52,418 bases of DNA from a virus (Duplodnaviria > Caudoviricetes): positions 1 through 52,418 of the IMG/VR virus record IMGVR_UViG_3300036846_000061. One strand, written 5' to 3'. Of the stretch, positions 28,246 to 38,301 are shown piece after piece. The stretch's first letter is position 1. The number at the start of each line of letters is the position of its first letter. Made by a program: the position numbers and the translations under genes. The notes beneath the pieces are model-generated. The model had not been told where the DNA came from. It saw nothing but the letters and a program-made list of their open reading frames with translations, and did not search any database.

Positions 28246-31038
28246 CTAGCTCGCGGACCCTAGGAACCTAAATCGGTCGATGTATACTCGCCTGCCTGAT
28301 CTTGCCATACCACCGAATATAAACCAATCGCCAATACTATGATCATTAAGTATTTGCAAACCTAATGATGGATACTTGAACCTTGATATAGTTGCATAGG
28401 CAGTGGCAGTATCATCCTCAATCAGTAAGTTTAGCCATTTATCCATCGGAACAACTACATTGTTACGCTGCACTAAGAACATAGTTTCATTAAGTGATCT
28501 TTCGTTTCGATGCACAATCTTTGCCATTAATGTAATTGGACCCTCATAGTTATCAGATAGGTCAATTAGGTCTTTGCGAGGTACATGAATGATATTATAC
28601 TTCTTTGGGTCCGAAATTACTTCAGCAAAACGTTTCCTGCCTTCAAATATGTTATCAAATGGAGTTGTTATTTCTTTCGGCCATTTATATGGAACTCTCG
28701 CAGCGCGCGCCAGGAGTATATCTTGAGCCTTACGGAAACCAATGCCCTTTATATTTACAAGACCGCCTAGGAACGATCCATCTGCATAGCTCCAAGTAAC
28801 ATCGCTCTTGTCTAGATCATAAGTAACAAATGGATAACCAGCACGATCCAATTCGCGCAAGTAACGTTTGATAGGTTCTTCAAATGATAAGTTTCTAATA
28901 TTGGCTAATGCAAACTCAATAGGATAGTGAGCCTTGAGTATACAACAAAAATAAGATAGCATACCATAAGCCACAGCATGAGACTTATTGAAAGCCCAAG
29001 ACCCCATTTTATTGACACTATCCCATATCCTCCTGGCCGTAGCCTCATCGATGCCCTGTGACATCGCACCAGTTCTAAACCTCTGCCAGAAACGATCAAA
29101 GTATTCAATACCAAAAGACTTAGACATAGCTTTGCGTAATGTGGAGGTATCTTCCCATGATAACAAACCAATCTCACGAACGCAATTCATAACTTGTTCT
29201 TGATAAACTATAACTCCATACGTGTCCTTAGTATAACGTTCCATAGATGGATGGATGTATTGGGCTTCTTGTTTGCCCATTCGTCGTTGGACCCACTCGT
29301 TACTGGCGCCAGAAGCGAATGGCCCTGGTCGAGCAAGAGCAGTAAGACAAGCTATGTCATCGAAACGATCTACAGTCAGTCTCCTGGCTAGGGTCTGCAA
29401 AGCTTGACCTTCAAACTGGAAGATACCGCAGAACTGAAACTTACGCAATACTTCAAAAGCTTTGTCATCATCTAAAGGATGATTTAGTAGATCACTATAC
29501 TTCCAACCTATAGCCTCTAGACAATCAGCAATTATAGTTAATGTCTTGAGACCTAGCGCATCTATCTTCATCAAATTGATTAGTTCGGCATCGTATTTGT
29601 CTATGTGAACTGTGTTAGTCTTTACATCCTTAGCTACATAATTGATAAGAGGCTCATTAGTTATAATGACACCGGCCGCGTGCTTACCAGTAGTATGTGC
29701 ATGGTTCTCTAGTTCTCCTGCAATAACCATAGCAGGATACTGTTCAATAAATCTTTGTCCAATCTCTAGTTCCTTGAACGTATCAAGAATACATAATCCT
29801 GCTCTTGAGTCTCCACTGGACCTCTTGAGCATTGAGTCCTTTAGTGCAATAGTATCATTGTCAGGTATCCTTAATGCTTTGGCTGCCTCTCCAATAGCTG
29901 ACTTGGGCTTATATCTTAGTATGGTTCCCAATCGCGCAACGTTCTCACTGCCATACTTATCTTGTATATACTCAAAGACCATTTCTCTTTTATTGTCTTG
30001 AAAGTCTATGTCAATATCCGGTAGATCATATCTAGTAACATCAATAAACCTTTCAAAGATAAGACCATGAGGGAGAGGATCAATATCAGTAATGCCAAGT
30101 AAGTAACACACGAGACTACCACAACTAGAGCCGCGAGCCGGTCCGACCAACATGTGTTGTTTAGCATATCGCACCATGTCTGTTATGACATAGAAGTAAT
30201 CATCATATCCTTTGTCGCTGATAAGTTTAAGTTCATAGTCTAGTCTGTCTTTGTATACTTGATTTAACTCTAGTCCACGGCTCCTGGCGCCCAAGAGACA
30301 CATATCTAGTAATGATATATCAGACTTATATTTGATATTAGTTGCAGTTTGTATAGTGGCATCACATTCTTCCGCTAGCTTGTCCGCCAGGAGAAAAGCT
30401 TGATCATCTATTTCCATTTCATTACGCAAACTCCATTCATCCATAATATACATAGGGGATGGTCGGTCATTGCGAAACTTCCTGGCCAATATTTGATAGA
30501 TAGAACGATCCTCTGCACTGATCATATAATTGTCAGATACTGCAACAATCTTTCCATCCTTTAGCAGCATACCTAATGTAGAAGGATGTCCCTCCCTATA
30601 TACGCGTGGCCCGATCTTAACGCCCTGTCCTAGACCTGAGTTACCTGAGAGTATAATGACATCTTTACTGAAACCATTAAGTCTTATGAAAGGTAAACGT
30701 AATATTGCATTGTAAGTATTCTCTGATGCTTCCTCTACAGCTGAGTATAGTTCTTTGAGTCCTGAATTAGTCTTGGCTATCAGTGATATCCAAAATATGT
30801 TTTGTCGCTTTTCACGAACATTTATATCTCTGACAAAAGCCATTTCGATCCCGAATAATGGCTTAATGCCGGCGGCTGTACATTGCTTAGACCATTGTAC
30901 ATGGCCGAATGTTGAGTTCTTATCAGTAATGGCCGCTGCTTGGCAACCTAGTTCTTGTAGTCTATTTATGACTTTGGGAATGGGCCCGTAGGCCCACCCA
31001 AATGAGAACTCAGTTCTTATCTTGAGTTGGGTCCTCAC
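28246..31038 (-). CDS. dnaE: DNA polymerase III alpha subunit-like (family C)
   Basis: PHP-like N-terminus, GPARGSSCGSLVCY, FERF, PDIDID, HAAGV, KIDALGL, FNKSHA. Confidence 0.95.
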   Translation of the reverse strand: MRTQLKIRTEFSFGWAYGPIPKVINRLQELGCQAAAITDKNSTFGHVQWSKQCTAAGIKPLFGIEMAFVRDINVREKRQNIFWISLIAKTNSGLKELYSAVEEASENTYNAILRLPFIRLNGFSKDVIILSGNSGLGQGVKIGPRVYREGHPSTLGMLLKDGKIVAVSDNYMISAEDRSIYQILARKFRNDRPSPMYIMDEWSLRNEMEIDDQAFLLADKLAEECDATIQTATNIKYKSDISLLDMCLLGARSRGLELNQVYKDRLDYELKLISDKGYDDYFYVITDMVRYAKQHMLVGPARGSSCGSLVCYLLGITDIDPLPHGLIFERFIDVTRYDLPDIDIDFQDNKREMVFEYIQDKYGSENVARLGTILRYKPKSAIGEAAKALRIPDNDTIALKDSMLKRSSGDSRAGLCILDTFKELEIGQRFIEQYPAMVIAGELENHAHTTGKHAAGVIITNEPLINYVAKDVKTNTVHIDKYDAELINLMKIDALGLKTLTIIADCLEAIGWKYSDLLNHPLDDDKAFEVLRKFQFCGIFQFEGQALQTLARRLTVDRFDDIACLTALARPGPFASGASNEWVQRRMGKQEAQYIHPSMERYTKDTYGVIVYQEQVMNCVREIGLLSWEDTSTLRKAMSKSFGIEYFDRFWQRFRTGAMSQGIDEATARRIWDSVNKMGSWAFNKSHAVAYGMLSYFCCILKAHYPIEFALANIRNLSFEEPIKRYLRELDRAGYPFVTYDLDKSDVTWSYADGSFLGGLVNIKGIGFRKAQDILLARAARVPYKWPKEITTPFDNIFEGRKRFAEVISDPKKYNIIHVPRKDLIDLSDNYEGPITLMAKIVHRNERSLNETMFLVQRNNVVVPMDKWLNLLIEDDTATAYATISRFKYPSLGLQILNDHSIGDWFIFGGMARSGRRVYIDRFRFLGSAS

Positions 31039-31339
31039 TTACAAAACTCCTTAGCTCCTGGTTTACTGGTATCATGGAAACATAGATATCTGCTAGTTCT
31101 AATAGCTGTCGTTCAATTTTCATTAGGTCTTGTAACACATTTATACTGAATTCTTTTACTCGTATGCATCTGTCTTTATGATCTTCATGCCAGAACTTAG
31201 GGTCGGTGTATGTTATGATATTCTTGACGCCTTGTAAAGACTGATCTATTGCTAGTCCTAATAATCTTGTTCTCCTACGGTTCTCAAATTCCTCCTGGCG
31301 CTTGTTCGCTGCATCTATCATTGACATAGGTTTCATCAT
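31010..31339 (-). CDS. Hypothetical protein
   Basis: Coupled between exonuclease and polymerase. Confidence 0.6.
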   Translation of the reverse strand: MMKPMSMIDAANKRQEEFENRRRTRLLGLAIDQSLQGVKNIITYTDPKFWHEDHKDRCIRVKEFSINVLQDLMKIERQLLELADIYVSMIPVNQELRSFVSEDPTQDKN

Positions 31340-31890
31340 GCCGATGGTCCTTCTGTCCATTGACGATTAACCATTTCTTTGTAGACGCGAACTAATGCTT
31401 TGGTATCAGCTTCTGCTCTATGAGCCTCTTCAAATGTAGCTCCAAATAATTCAAAGTATAAATTACTGAGAGACATGCGATGTCCTTTGACTTTCATAAT
31501 CTCCTCGACAGTACATACATTATTAGGAGGCCACGGGAAGTTTGTTACTTTGTTTATACGCTTGAGTTCATATTCTAATACATGCTTATCAAACTGTAGA
31601 TTATGTCCGACAAGTATAGATACATCAAGGAAGAAATTGGCTAGTTGTCTATAGTGTCCTGCAAATGGCTTTTGGTTCGCTACCTCTTCATCAGTAATAC
31701 CATGTATGTTAACTACCTCAAATGGTATTCGTATTGGTGGCTTAACTAATGTAGTGAGAATTGCTATGATGTCTAGATTATAATTGGTCTTTACACAAGA
31801 GACTTCTACCATGTACGGTTGTTGAGCTAGGTCAGCAGCCTCAATTGCCAGGAGCGATGTTGTTTCTATATCCATAAAGATTATGGGCAT
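31336..31890 (-). CDS. DEDDh 3'-5' exonuclease (DnaQ/epsilon-like)
   Basis: DIETT, HGIT, GHNLQFD, HRAEAD motifs. Confidence 0.92.
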   Translation of the reverse strand: MPIIFMDIETTSLLAIEAADLAQQPYMVEVSCVKTNYNLDIIAILTTLVKPPIRIPFEVVNIHGITDEEVANQKPFAGHYRQLANFFLDVSILVGHNLQFDKHVLEYELKRINKVTNFPWPPNNVCTVEEIMKVKGHRMSLSNLYFELFGATFEEAHRAEADTKALVRVYKEMVNRQWTEGPSA

Positions 31891-32174
31891 TCTTTTTCTC
31901 CATCCAATTCAAGTAACATAGTTGCATATACTGCTATATCTTCAAGATGATCTGGACTTGCTTCTATATAAAAATTGTTACAATATCGTGATAGTTTTGT
32001 TACTATATGGACTATAATACAGAACTTATTGAAACGATGTTTTGTTTCTAATTCTATTCCATTGGGGAATAATGCTTGAAGTATTGCTCCTGCTTCTTTA
32101 TAGCTGTCTCCATACTCTTTGTTTCTTTCTTCATATAGTTTTGCTAGTTCTATTAGTTGTTCTGCTGGTTTCAT
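31881..32174 (-). CDS. Nucleotide-modification-associated helical protein (DUF1599/DUF6378-like)
   Basis: ERNKEYGDSY...KLSRY...DHLEDIAVYA motif. Confidence 0.65.
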   Translation of the reverse strand: MKPAEQLIELAKLYEERNKEYGDSYKEAGAILQALFPNGIELETKHRFNKFCIIVHIVTKLSRYCNNFYIEASPDHLEDIAVYATMLLELDGEKECP

Positions 32175-32650
32175 TAGTATTTCTTCCCTTCTGGCGCCAT
32201 ACGATTTTCTATTTTGTGATCCGCTCTCATCTGATTATAGCAGAACTTCTCAGCAAAACAAGTTCCAAGATTGAGTCGTAATCCTCCTGCCAAATCAAAT
32301 ATGCGTATAAGAGCGTCGGCCAATTCTACTGTCATTGATGCTTGTTCAGTTAGATGTTGGTCCTTTGCATCTTTGCGATGACCTTCCATTGCCTCGCTGA
32401 TCTCGCTATGTATAAGGCATAGTAATTCTCCTACATTGCGTTCCTTATCCCACCAGTTATTTGCCTTAGCAGCGCCGTGACAAAATGATACTAGGTTCTC
32501 TATCATGAGACCCATTTTGTAGTATGTATCGACAGTAACGATGAAACCATTGGTATCAGTATCTGTGAGCATATCATTATCCTGTTGTTGACTTTTAGCA
32601 AATCTTTCTACTATTGCCCATTCCTCTGGAGTAAAACCTTTTGGGATCAT
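32174..32650 (-). CDS. MazG-like nucleotide pyrophosphohydrolase
   Basis: LIHSEISEAMEG.RK...ELADALIRIFD motif; start chosen after the CCAGGAG RBS. Confidence 0.85.
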   Translation of the reverse strand: MIPKGFTPEEWAIVERFAKSQQQDNDMLTDTDTNGFIVTVDTYYKMGLMIENLVSFCHGAAKANNWWDKERNVGELLCLIHSEISEAMEGHRKDAKDQHLTEQASMTVELADALIRIFDLAGGLRLNLGTCFAEKFCYNQMRADHKIENRMAPEGKKY

Positions 32651-32655
32651 TTCTA

Positions 32656-33402
32656 TTACTCCTGGCGGATTATGTCGAGATACTTCATTGCTGCCCAAGC
32701 TGCAGTTTCATTTTGAGACTTACCTGTTTCTTTAACCTCTTTGTCTAGTTGTCCCTTTAGATACTGAGCTAACTCTTGATGAGCTTCACTATTGCGAGGC
32801 ATAATAAACATTAGAGACCAAGGCCATACTTTCAATACAGCTTCAACCATTTGCTTTAATACTTCAGCGTATTCATCTTGAACTCTTGGAGTCATACGCT
32901 TCTTGACTAGATCAGAGAAGTTACGCAAATTGATCTTCATACAAATGTTAGTTAGAATATCTGTCGGCAATACTCCACGAGCATCTTCAGGCTTTACACC
33001 CATCTCAATTAGTTCACGATATGCCTCTGAAATATCATACATTGCCTCTCCATATCGCTCTTGGGCAGGAGTATTGTACTTAAATGATGGACCGGAATGA
33101 TATTCAAATCCGGTCATATTAACTATACGCATAGCCTGTTGAGCATAGCTCGCAGTTCTAGTGCGAACAAGCTGATGAGTAAAAGCTCGTGATACTCCTT
33201 CAATAACAAAAGTTATATCACAAAACTCCCAACTGCTAGGTATGGTTGTTGACATATACTTCAACTCGGCCATTTTCTTTTCTCGTGGCCAAGCTTTGAT
33301 TTCTTCTAAACCAGCAGGAGCCATTCGCAGTCTAGTGTTCTTTGTAAAGATAAGCAATTCAACGGCATCTTGCGTATAGGATATGAGAGTAACCTTAGGC
33401 AT
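32656..33402 (-). CDS. thyX: ThyX-family flavin-dependent thymidylate synthase homologue, divergent active site
   Basis: FVIEGVSRAFTHQLVRTRTASYAQQAMR, EDARGVLP, INLR; RHR is RTR and S-x-R is A-x-R. Confidence 0.85.
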   Translation of the reverse strand: MPKVTLISYTQDAVELLIFTKNTRLRMAPAGLEEIKAWPREKKMAELKYMSTTIPSSWEFCDITFVIEGVSRAFTHQLVRTRTASYAQQAMRIVNMTGFEYHSGPSFKYNTPAQERYGEAMYDISEAYRELIEMGVKPEDARGVLPTDILTNICMKINLRNFSDLVKKRMTPRVQDEYAEVLKQMVEAVLKVWPWSLMFIMPRNSEAHQELAQYLKGQLDKEVKETGKSQNETAAWAAMKYLDIIRQE

Positions 33403-33562
33403 TGTTCATCTCCTGTTCTACTTCAGTTATGGCAATATTGATGGTTTTTTCAGCAATCTCACCTGGAAATCGGTAAGCTCTCCATTCAGTCATTGTAATA
33501 ATTTTGGTAGATTGAAATGTTCTATCATCTTTAGTTTCGGAAACTACTATAAGTATTCTCAT
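33395..33562 (-). CDS. Hypothetical protein (55 aa, MRILIVVSETKDD...)
   Basis: Hand-translated; AGGAG RBS; fills the gap. Confidence 0.6.
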   Translation of the reverse strand: MRILIVVSETKDDRTFQSTKIITMTEWRAYRFPGEIAEKTINIAITEVEQEMNNA

Positions 33563-33572
33563 GGTTCTACTC

Positions 33573-34490
33573 CTATGCTGGGAAGTATTGGTAGTGTCCT
33601 TGTCTTACTTGTCTTTGACTTATGAACCTACTGATGATATCTATATCTTTCATTACATCATCTAATAGTATCTGCCGCCAAGTAGCGTATCGTCCTAATG
33701 AATATACATTGAACTGATCAGTCGCCCAAAGTATAAACTTCTGGCGCTCATAATCGTCTATTGGGACTATCTTGCCATAATCTTGTTCTTTATGAAGAAC
33801 ATTAATATACTTGTTACCTTGTCCAAATAAAATGTCAATATACTTTTCAATAAATTGATGACCAGTCGGAACATTGCTAAATTCCATAGTCATCCTATTA
33901 CCAGTAATGCTAACTCTATAAGGTTCATGTTCTCCATATGGAACATAGAGCGTTTGATATACATTTACTCCTATAAGATCACAATTGATAGTCCATATCT
34001 TTCTAGTTTGGAATTCATGTCGATTTGGATAATCAAGTATACGCATCAAATCAGGCATGGGGATTGTGGAGATGATAGGTTGTTTAATGTCGGTTCCCCT
34101 AAGTAAACTCTCAGCATCACGCTCGTATTGTATATTGGTTCCAATGCTACATGTCGTGACCAAGTCGCTGGGTGCAATGTAGCGTGAAACATTGTCAGTA
34201 TTGGTAATAGATCGGCTGGAAACTCTACCAGTTGATTTGATAGAATAAGCATTATATTCGCGGATGGTTGGAGAATTTGTAATTGTTTCGTTTTCAAGTA
34301 AAACACCCTTATAAACAGTTACTTGTTTGAAGGGAACTCCAATTGCGTCTCCTACTATAGATGACCGAAAGCGCAATAATGCGCTATGATTATTAGGTAA
34401 GTCCTTTTGTCGTTCATATACTATAGGCTTCCAATTGGACATTCTCCTCGCGGCCAGGAGACCTGCTAAGCCTGCGCCGATGATTATCAT
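33573..34490 (-). CDS. FAD/NAD-dependent oxidoreductase-like protein
   Basis: IIGAGLAGL Rossmann motif; C-terminal SLGRYATWR. Confidence 0.85.
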   Translation of the reverse strand: MIIIGAGLAGLLAARRMSNWKPIVYERQKDLPNNHSALLRFRSSIVGDAIGVPFKQVTVYKGVLLENETITNSPTIREYNAYSIKSTGRVSSRSITNTDNVSRYIAPSDLVTTCSIGTNIQYERDAESLLRGTDIKQPIISTIPMPDLMRILDYPNRHEFQTRKIWTINCDLIGVNVYQTLYVPYGEHEPYRVSITGNRMTMEFSNVPTGHQFIEKYIDILFGQGNKYINVLHKEQDYGKIVPIDDYERQKFILWATDQFNVYSLGRYATWRQILLDDVMKDIDIISRFISQRQVRQGHYQYFPA

Positions 34491-34493
34491 TAT

Positions 34494-34979
34494 TCAACTC
34501 CTGGATTCAAACCATTCCCACTCCGGCTGATAGCCTTCCATCTTGTACATGTAACCTTGCAAGTATTTGTAAGGCCACATCTTTCCATATAGTTTCTGAT
34601 GTATTGCTTTCAATACATTTAGATGTTTACTTGATAGTCTAATATCATCAAAGTTTTTGTCGGCTATGTCGAGTAGATCACGTTCAATTTGACTGAACTG
34701 ACTACCTTTCTTTTTGGCTTCATAAAGAAAATCTTTGAACTTCATTACTTCAATAGGGTCTTGGATTAGATTATATGGAACCTTTTGTCCATATTTCTTG
34801 ATCCTTTCTTCCATTGACAATTCTTCATCTGGAACTTCATGCACATTCGATGTTTCTTCATAATCATCATGATATATAGTATCAATTTGTTTCGCCATTG
34901 TATCTAGTCTAGCTTCAAATCTATCAAGCCTATCCAATAGTTCTTTTGCAAGATTGAGCGGAATATAAGTATTGTTCAT
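34494..34979 (-). CDS. Hypothetical protein
   Basis: 161 aa; AGGAG RBS. Confidence 0.7.
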   Translation of the reverse strand: MNNTYIPLNLAKELLDRLDRFEARLDTMAKQIDTIYHDDYEETSNVHEVPDEELSMEERIKKYGQKVPYNLIQDPIEVMKFKDFLYEAKKKGSQFSQIERDLLDIADKNFDDIRLSSKHLNVLKAIHQKLYGKMWPYKYLQGYMYKMEGYQPEWEWFESRS

Positions 34980-34999
34980 TTTACTCTCCTATGTTAAGT

Positions 35000-35122
35000 G
35001 GGCGCGACCATTCTTAACCTATTATCATTACCCAGGGCAGTTTACCCACCGCAATAATGTTGAATAACCATGGAAGGGGGCACTATTGCTTAGGGAGAAT
35101 GGTCATGTCGCCATGCGCGCCC
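35000..35122 (-). ncRNA. Candidate multibranch structured RNA element
   Basis: Nested stems GGGCGC/GCGCCC, GACCATTCT/AGAATGGTC, GCAATAGTG/CATTATTGC and a CATG-GCGA-CATG hairpin. Confidence 0.45.
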
Positions 35123-35158
35123 GTCATGTGGAGGCACACCCCTGGAACCCCTAATCAA

Positions 35159-36010
35159 TTAGAATGACGGGATTTTGTCACCAGCAAGATCATCTTGAGG
35201 CTGTTCCCAATTATCCTGTTGTACACTACCTTCCAGGAAATGTTCTTGCAGCAGTATAGCCTGCTTAAAGATATCATTGCCTTTCGGTAGGTCTTGTGTT
35301 CTTACATGCATATTATCTTTGTTTACATACTTTACAATCTTGGGAGACCACCAAGACTGTCCTTGCATATTCCTCACCAAATCTAGCGTCAACTTGTATG
35401 AGAAGTAATAGAACGGCGGAGTAATGGTTTGACCATTACTCATTTTGATCCTGGTCTGTGTCAACATCGTCGCCAGGAGGTTAGCTGCACGATTACCTGT
35501 GCTTCTCAAGTTGAAGAAGCTAGGGTCAGTATCACCAGTCTTAGGGTCAATATCAAGAATGAGGAATGACCTCTGCTTATCAATATAGTGTTGATCCCTA
35601 GTAATAGGATTGAGAGCGTCGCGCTGAGCAGGCTCGCACAGAGCCTTCCAACCTTCATCTGAGCCCCAAATCTTTACAAGACCACTACCAGGATTATTAG
35701 AAGCCCATTCAATAGTCTGTTTCTGATGCCCAATAACGACGATGATCATTCCCTCCTGGCCAGGAGTCAATTTGTTACTCGCAGTATTGTAGAACATGCC
35801 CGGCTTAGCACCATCAATATAGGCATTACCTCCCTCCTGAACCTCAGGATTAAGTGGCTGTAGTATCTTTAGGCGCGGAACAACTTGCTCATTACGTTCA
35901 AACTTAGTATTCTTCTCGGCCAACTTGGCCAGCATTTCCTCTTCTGCAGTAAGTTGAACAGGCAGTTGCTCGGAAGAAGCACTGTCTTGACGAACTACAC
36001 GCTTTGCCAT
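35159..36010 (-). CDS. Putative single-stranded DNA-binding/annealing protein
   Basis: PRLKILQ..NPEV...GAKPG motif; acidic C-terminus ending IPSF; replication context. Confidence 0.6.
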   Translation of the reverse strand: MAKRVVRQDSASSEQLPVQLTAEEEMLAKLAEKNTKFERNEQVVPRLKILQPLNPEVQEGGNAYIDGAKPGMFYNTASNKLTPGQEGMIIVVIGHQKQTIEWASNNPGSGLVKIWGSDEGWKALCEPAQRDALNPITRDQHYIDKQRSFLILDIDPKTGDTDPSFFNLRSTGNRAANLLATMLTQTRIKMSNGQTITPPFYYFSYKLTLDLVRNMQGQSWWSPKIVKYVNKDNMHVRTQDLPKGNDIFKQAILLQEHFLEGSVQQDNWEQPQDDLAGDKIPSF

Positions 36011-36019
36011 TTTGCTCTC

Positions 36020-36520
36020 CTACTCTATTACAGTGATATTGTAGCGGAATACATTGAAGATGTCTTCAGGGATCACCATATGGTTCCTTTCCATTTCCTT
36101 TCCCCAGGCATTGAGAGTTTGATAATGTATATCTTTCTTGACTATATACTCTATGCGTAAATTGTCTAGTGTTTCTTTAATCTCTGGTAGACGCTGATTA
36201 CCTTTGCCTAATGAAATGTCAATCATGGTCTTGACCATTCCTCCATGGCCATGTTCAGTTAGCCATTGATCAGCCAACTCCATACGATCTTGTGGTGGAC
36301 GTTGCAAAGTAAGAACAGGCTTGACTGCAATAGTAAAGCCACTAGATAGGTCAAATTTATTGAGACCGATACCGGCCATTAACATTGGAAGATCAACAGA
36401 GGATATTTGTTTTAGTTGATCTTTCTTTACTCTCAATTCATCTTCTAACGATGCTATTTGCTTTTCAATCTTTACCATTTCAGATGCTAACTTAACTATA
36501 TTTTGTATACTGTCTGACAT
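36020..36520 (-). CDS. Conserved phage replication-module protein (coiled-coil N-terminus)
   Basis: LP.LM..IG...WL..HGHG..VK...IHYQTL.AW; AAAGGA RBS before ATG 36520. Confidence 0.7.
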   Translation of the reverse strand: MSDSIQNIVKLASEMVKIEKQIASLEDELRVKKDQLKQISSVDLPMLMAGIGLNKFDLSSGFTIAVKPVLTLQRPPQDRMELADQWLTEHGHGGMVKTMIDISLGKGNQRLPEIKETLDNLRIEYIVKKDIHYQTLNAWGKEMERNHMVIPEDIFNVFRYNITVIE

Positions 36521-36616
36521 ATCCTTTCCTTTTGAGTAGTGGGAGATGGCCTCCTGCCAGAAACCACCTCCCCAGGAACATACACGAGCACTCACCCGAC
36601 CATCGGGCGAAACGAG

Positions 36617-36644
36617 AGTATAGCGGCTCGCGCGGGAAAGTAAA
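36617..36644 (-). promoter_or_regulatory. Putative promoter TTTACT-N16-TATACT for the replication operon
   Basis: Intergenic; followed by two leader hairpins in 36541-36610. Confidence 0.6.
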
Positions 36645-36657
36645 GAGGTGCTTTTCG

Positions 36658-36960
36658 TTACTCTTTGGTTTCTTTTATATTGTCTATTCTTATCTGATAT
36701 CCATACCTTTCACATAACAATTCTGCTAGTTCATAACAACCAGCATCTAACCATCTAGTTACTGGCGATATTTGTTTAGTTCTGCCTTTTAGTTCCATTT
36801 GTCTAACAGCTTCATGCGTTGTATTTAGGTTCTCACCAATTTCTCTTAGTGTGATCCCTAAATCACGCACTCTTGCTATTGCTTTATATTTTTCCCAAGC
36901 TGCTTGTCTCCTGGCGAGATTATCTGGAACTAATTTCCTCCATTGATCATAAGCTGTCAT
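36658..36960 (-). CDS. HTH DNA-binding protein (sigma region 4-like)
   Basis: GITLREIGENLNTTHEAVRQME. Confidence 0.7.
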   Translation of the reverse strand: MTAYDQWRKLVPDNLARRQAAWEKYKAIARVRDLGITLREIGENLNTTHEAVRQMELKGRTKQISPVTRWLDAGCYELAELLCERYGYQIRIDNIKETKE

Positions 36961-36970
36961 TCCATTGCTC

Positions 36971-37978
36971 CTATTCTTTAGGCACTATGTAACCTGCTCT
37001 AGTAGACTTGAACTGTTCACGCATCTCTGGAGTAGCCTTCACCAGAGTATCATTTATGAACGTTCTTTCCCCAGTCTTATAGTGACGCCAATGTCCCATT
37101 CTTATATGTGCAACAGGACTAGCGTGATGTCCACCTTGACTAGTATGTCTATCGTGCGGAGAACGGAGGAATGTTGTTATGTATTCCTCACTCCGCACTT
37201 TTGTATAGGGCGGTATTATTGGTTTCTTGTTCTTGAGGCGAGCCTTGTTAAGTTTATCATTAGCTCGTATTGTTTCTTTAGGTATGCCCCTAGTATTGAG
37301 TAGCAATAGAGCAACCATAAACGGCTCTATTACATTGGCCGCTGCTGCTTCCATAGCAGCACGTGGGCCTTCCTCAAGACCAACTTCTTTAGCATAACTA
37401 TCCCAGAAACGTTGCGGGAAACGAAACTGTACTGGCGCTACATTACAAGCATAAGCTCTACCTGGCTCCAATTCAACATTAGCCATAAATCTTGCTCTGT
37501 CGCCTACACCTAGTATTATCATGTCTTTTACTTTGAAAGGCTCTATAGATACAATCTCAAAGTCGCAGGCAATAGCCTTTCCATCTATTGGATACGGATG
37601 CACCAGATATATAGAACAAGAAGCTTCTTGGCCAAACTTCTCATCTATTATTGGATCGCTCCAAGTATGGAAGAATATCCAAGGTGTAGTAAACGGATGA
37701 CCTAATGCTCCTTCAAGATATAGTTTACTTGCTCTAGCACTTTGTTTCTTGATAAATTCATTAGGCCAGTGACCAAAATCAAAGAACTTTCCTGCAGATA
37801 CTGCTTCGGAAAGCATATCTACAATAGTGTCCAGTTCTCTTGGAGATGGCATGTGATCTATTTCAGTTCCTGGTCCTGAACCTAACATTCCCGCTAGTGC
37901 TAGATCACGAAACTTCGCAGGAGTAATGCTAGTGACATGTACATCACTAGCATTGGTCTCCCATACATACTTTTCCAT
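36971..37978 (-). CDS. Hypothetical protein with C-terminal HASP.AH.R.GHWR motif
   Basis: About 335 aa; shares the early-cassette RBS. Confidence 0.75.
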   Translation of the reverse strand: MEKYVWETNASDVHVTSITPAKFRDLALAGMLGSGPGTEIDHMPSPRELDTIVDMLSEAVSAGKFFDFGHWPNEFIKKQSARASKLYLEGALGHPFTTPWIFFHTWSDPIIDEKFGQEASCSIYLVHPYPIDGKAIACDFEIVSIEPFKVKDMIILGVGDRARFMANVELEPGRAYACNVAPVQFRFPQRFWDSYAKEVGLEEGPRAAMEAAAANVIEPFMVALLLLNTRGIPKETIRANDKLNKARLKNKKPIIPPYTKVRSEEYITTFLRSPHDRHTSQGGHHASPVAHIRMGHWRHYKTGERTFINDTLVKATPEMREQFKSTRAGYIVPKE

Positions 37979-37999
37979 TGTTTCCATTCCTTTCTAGGC

Positions 38000-38022
38000 C
38001 GTATATACGGAGCGTATATACG
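38000..38022. promoter_or_regulatory. Tandem CGTATATACG palindromes (13-bp period)
   Basis: Copies at 38000 and 38013; same arrangement at 50594 and 50607. Confidence 0.6.
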
Positions 38023-38033
38023 CTCGTAGATAC

Positions 38034-38091
38034 CCAGCAGTGCTGGCGGAATAGGCGCCAGGAGTAAATGTCCTGGGCCCATTCCGTCAAG
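38034..38091 (-). repeat. Early intergenic stem-loop cassette, copy 1
   Basis: ACGGAATGGGC...GCCTATTCCG followed by CCAGC-n-GCTGG. Confidence 0.85.
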
Positions 38092-38299
38092 ATTGCGGTA
38101 AATACATTAATCCTTTCACCGTTACATTAAAGTAAGCAGGTAATGGATTACCTTTGCCGTATACTTTAACTTGCAAAGTTAGTTCATTTACAATAGACAC
38201 TTCAAGCCTTTGATCTCGCAACTGAAACTCTTTAGTATTAGATAAAGCGTGATGACAAATGTTTCGTATCAATAGCTTTTCTGGATTAGGTTTCCTCAT
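38087..38299 (-). CDS. Hypothetical protein
   Basis: GGAG RBS; early region. Confidence 0.6.
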   Translation of the reverse strand: MRKPNPEKLLIRNICHHALSNTKEFQLRDQRLEVSIVNELTLQVKVYGKGNPLPAYFNVTVKGLMYLPQS

Positions 38300-38301
38300 C
38301 G

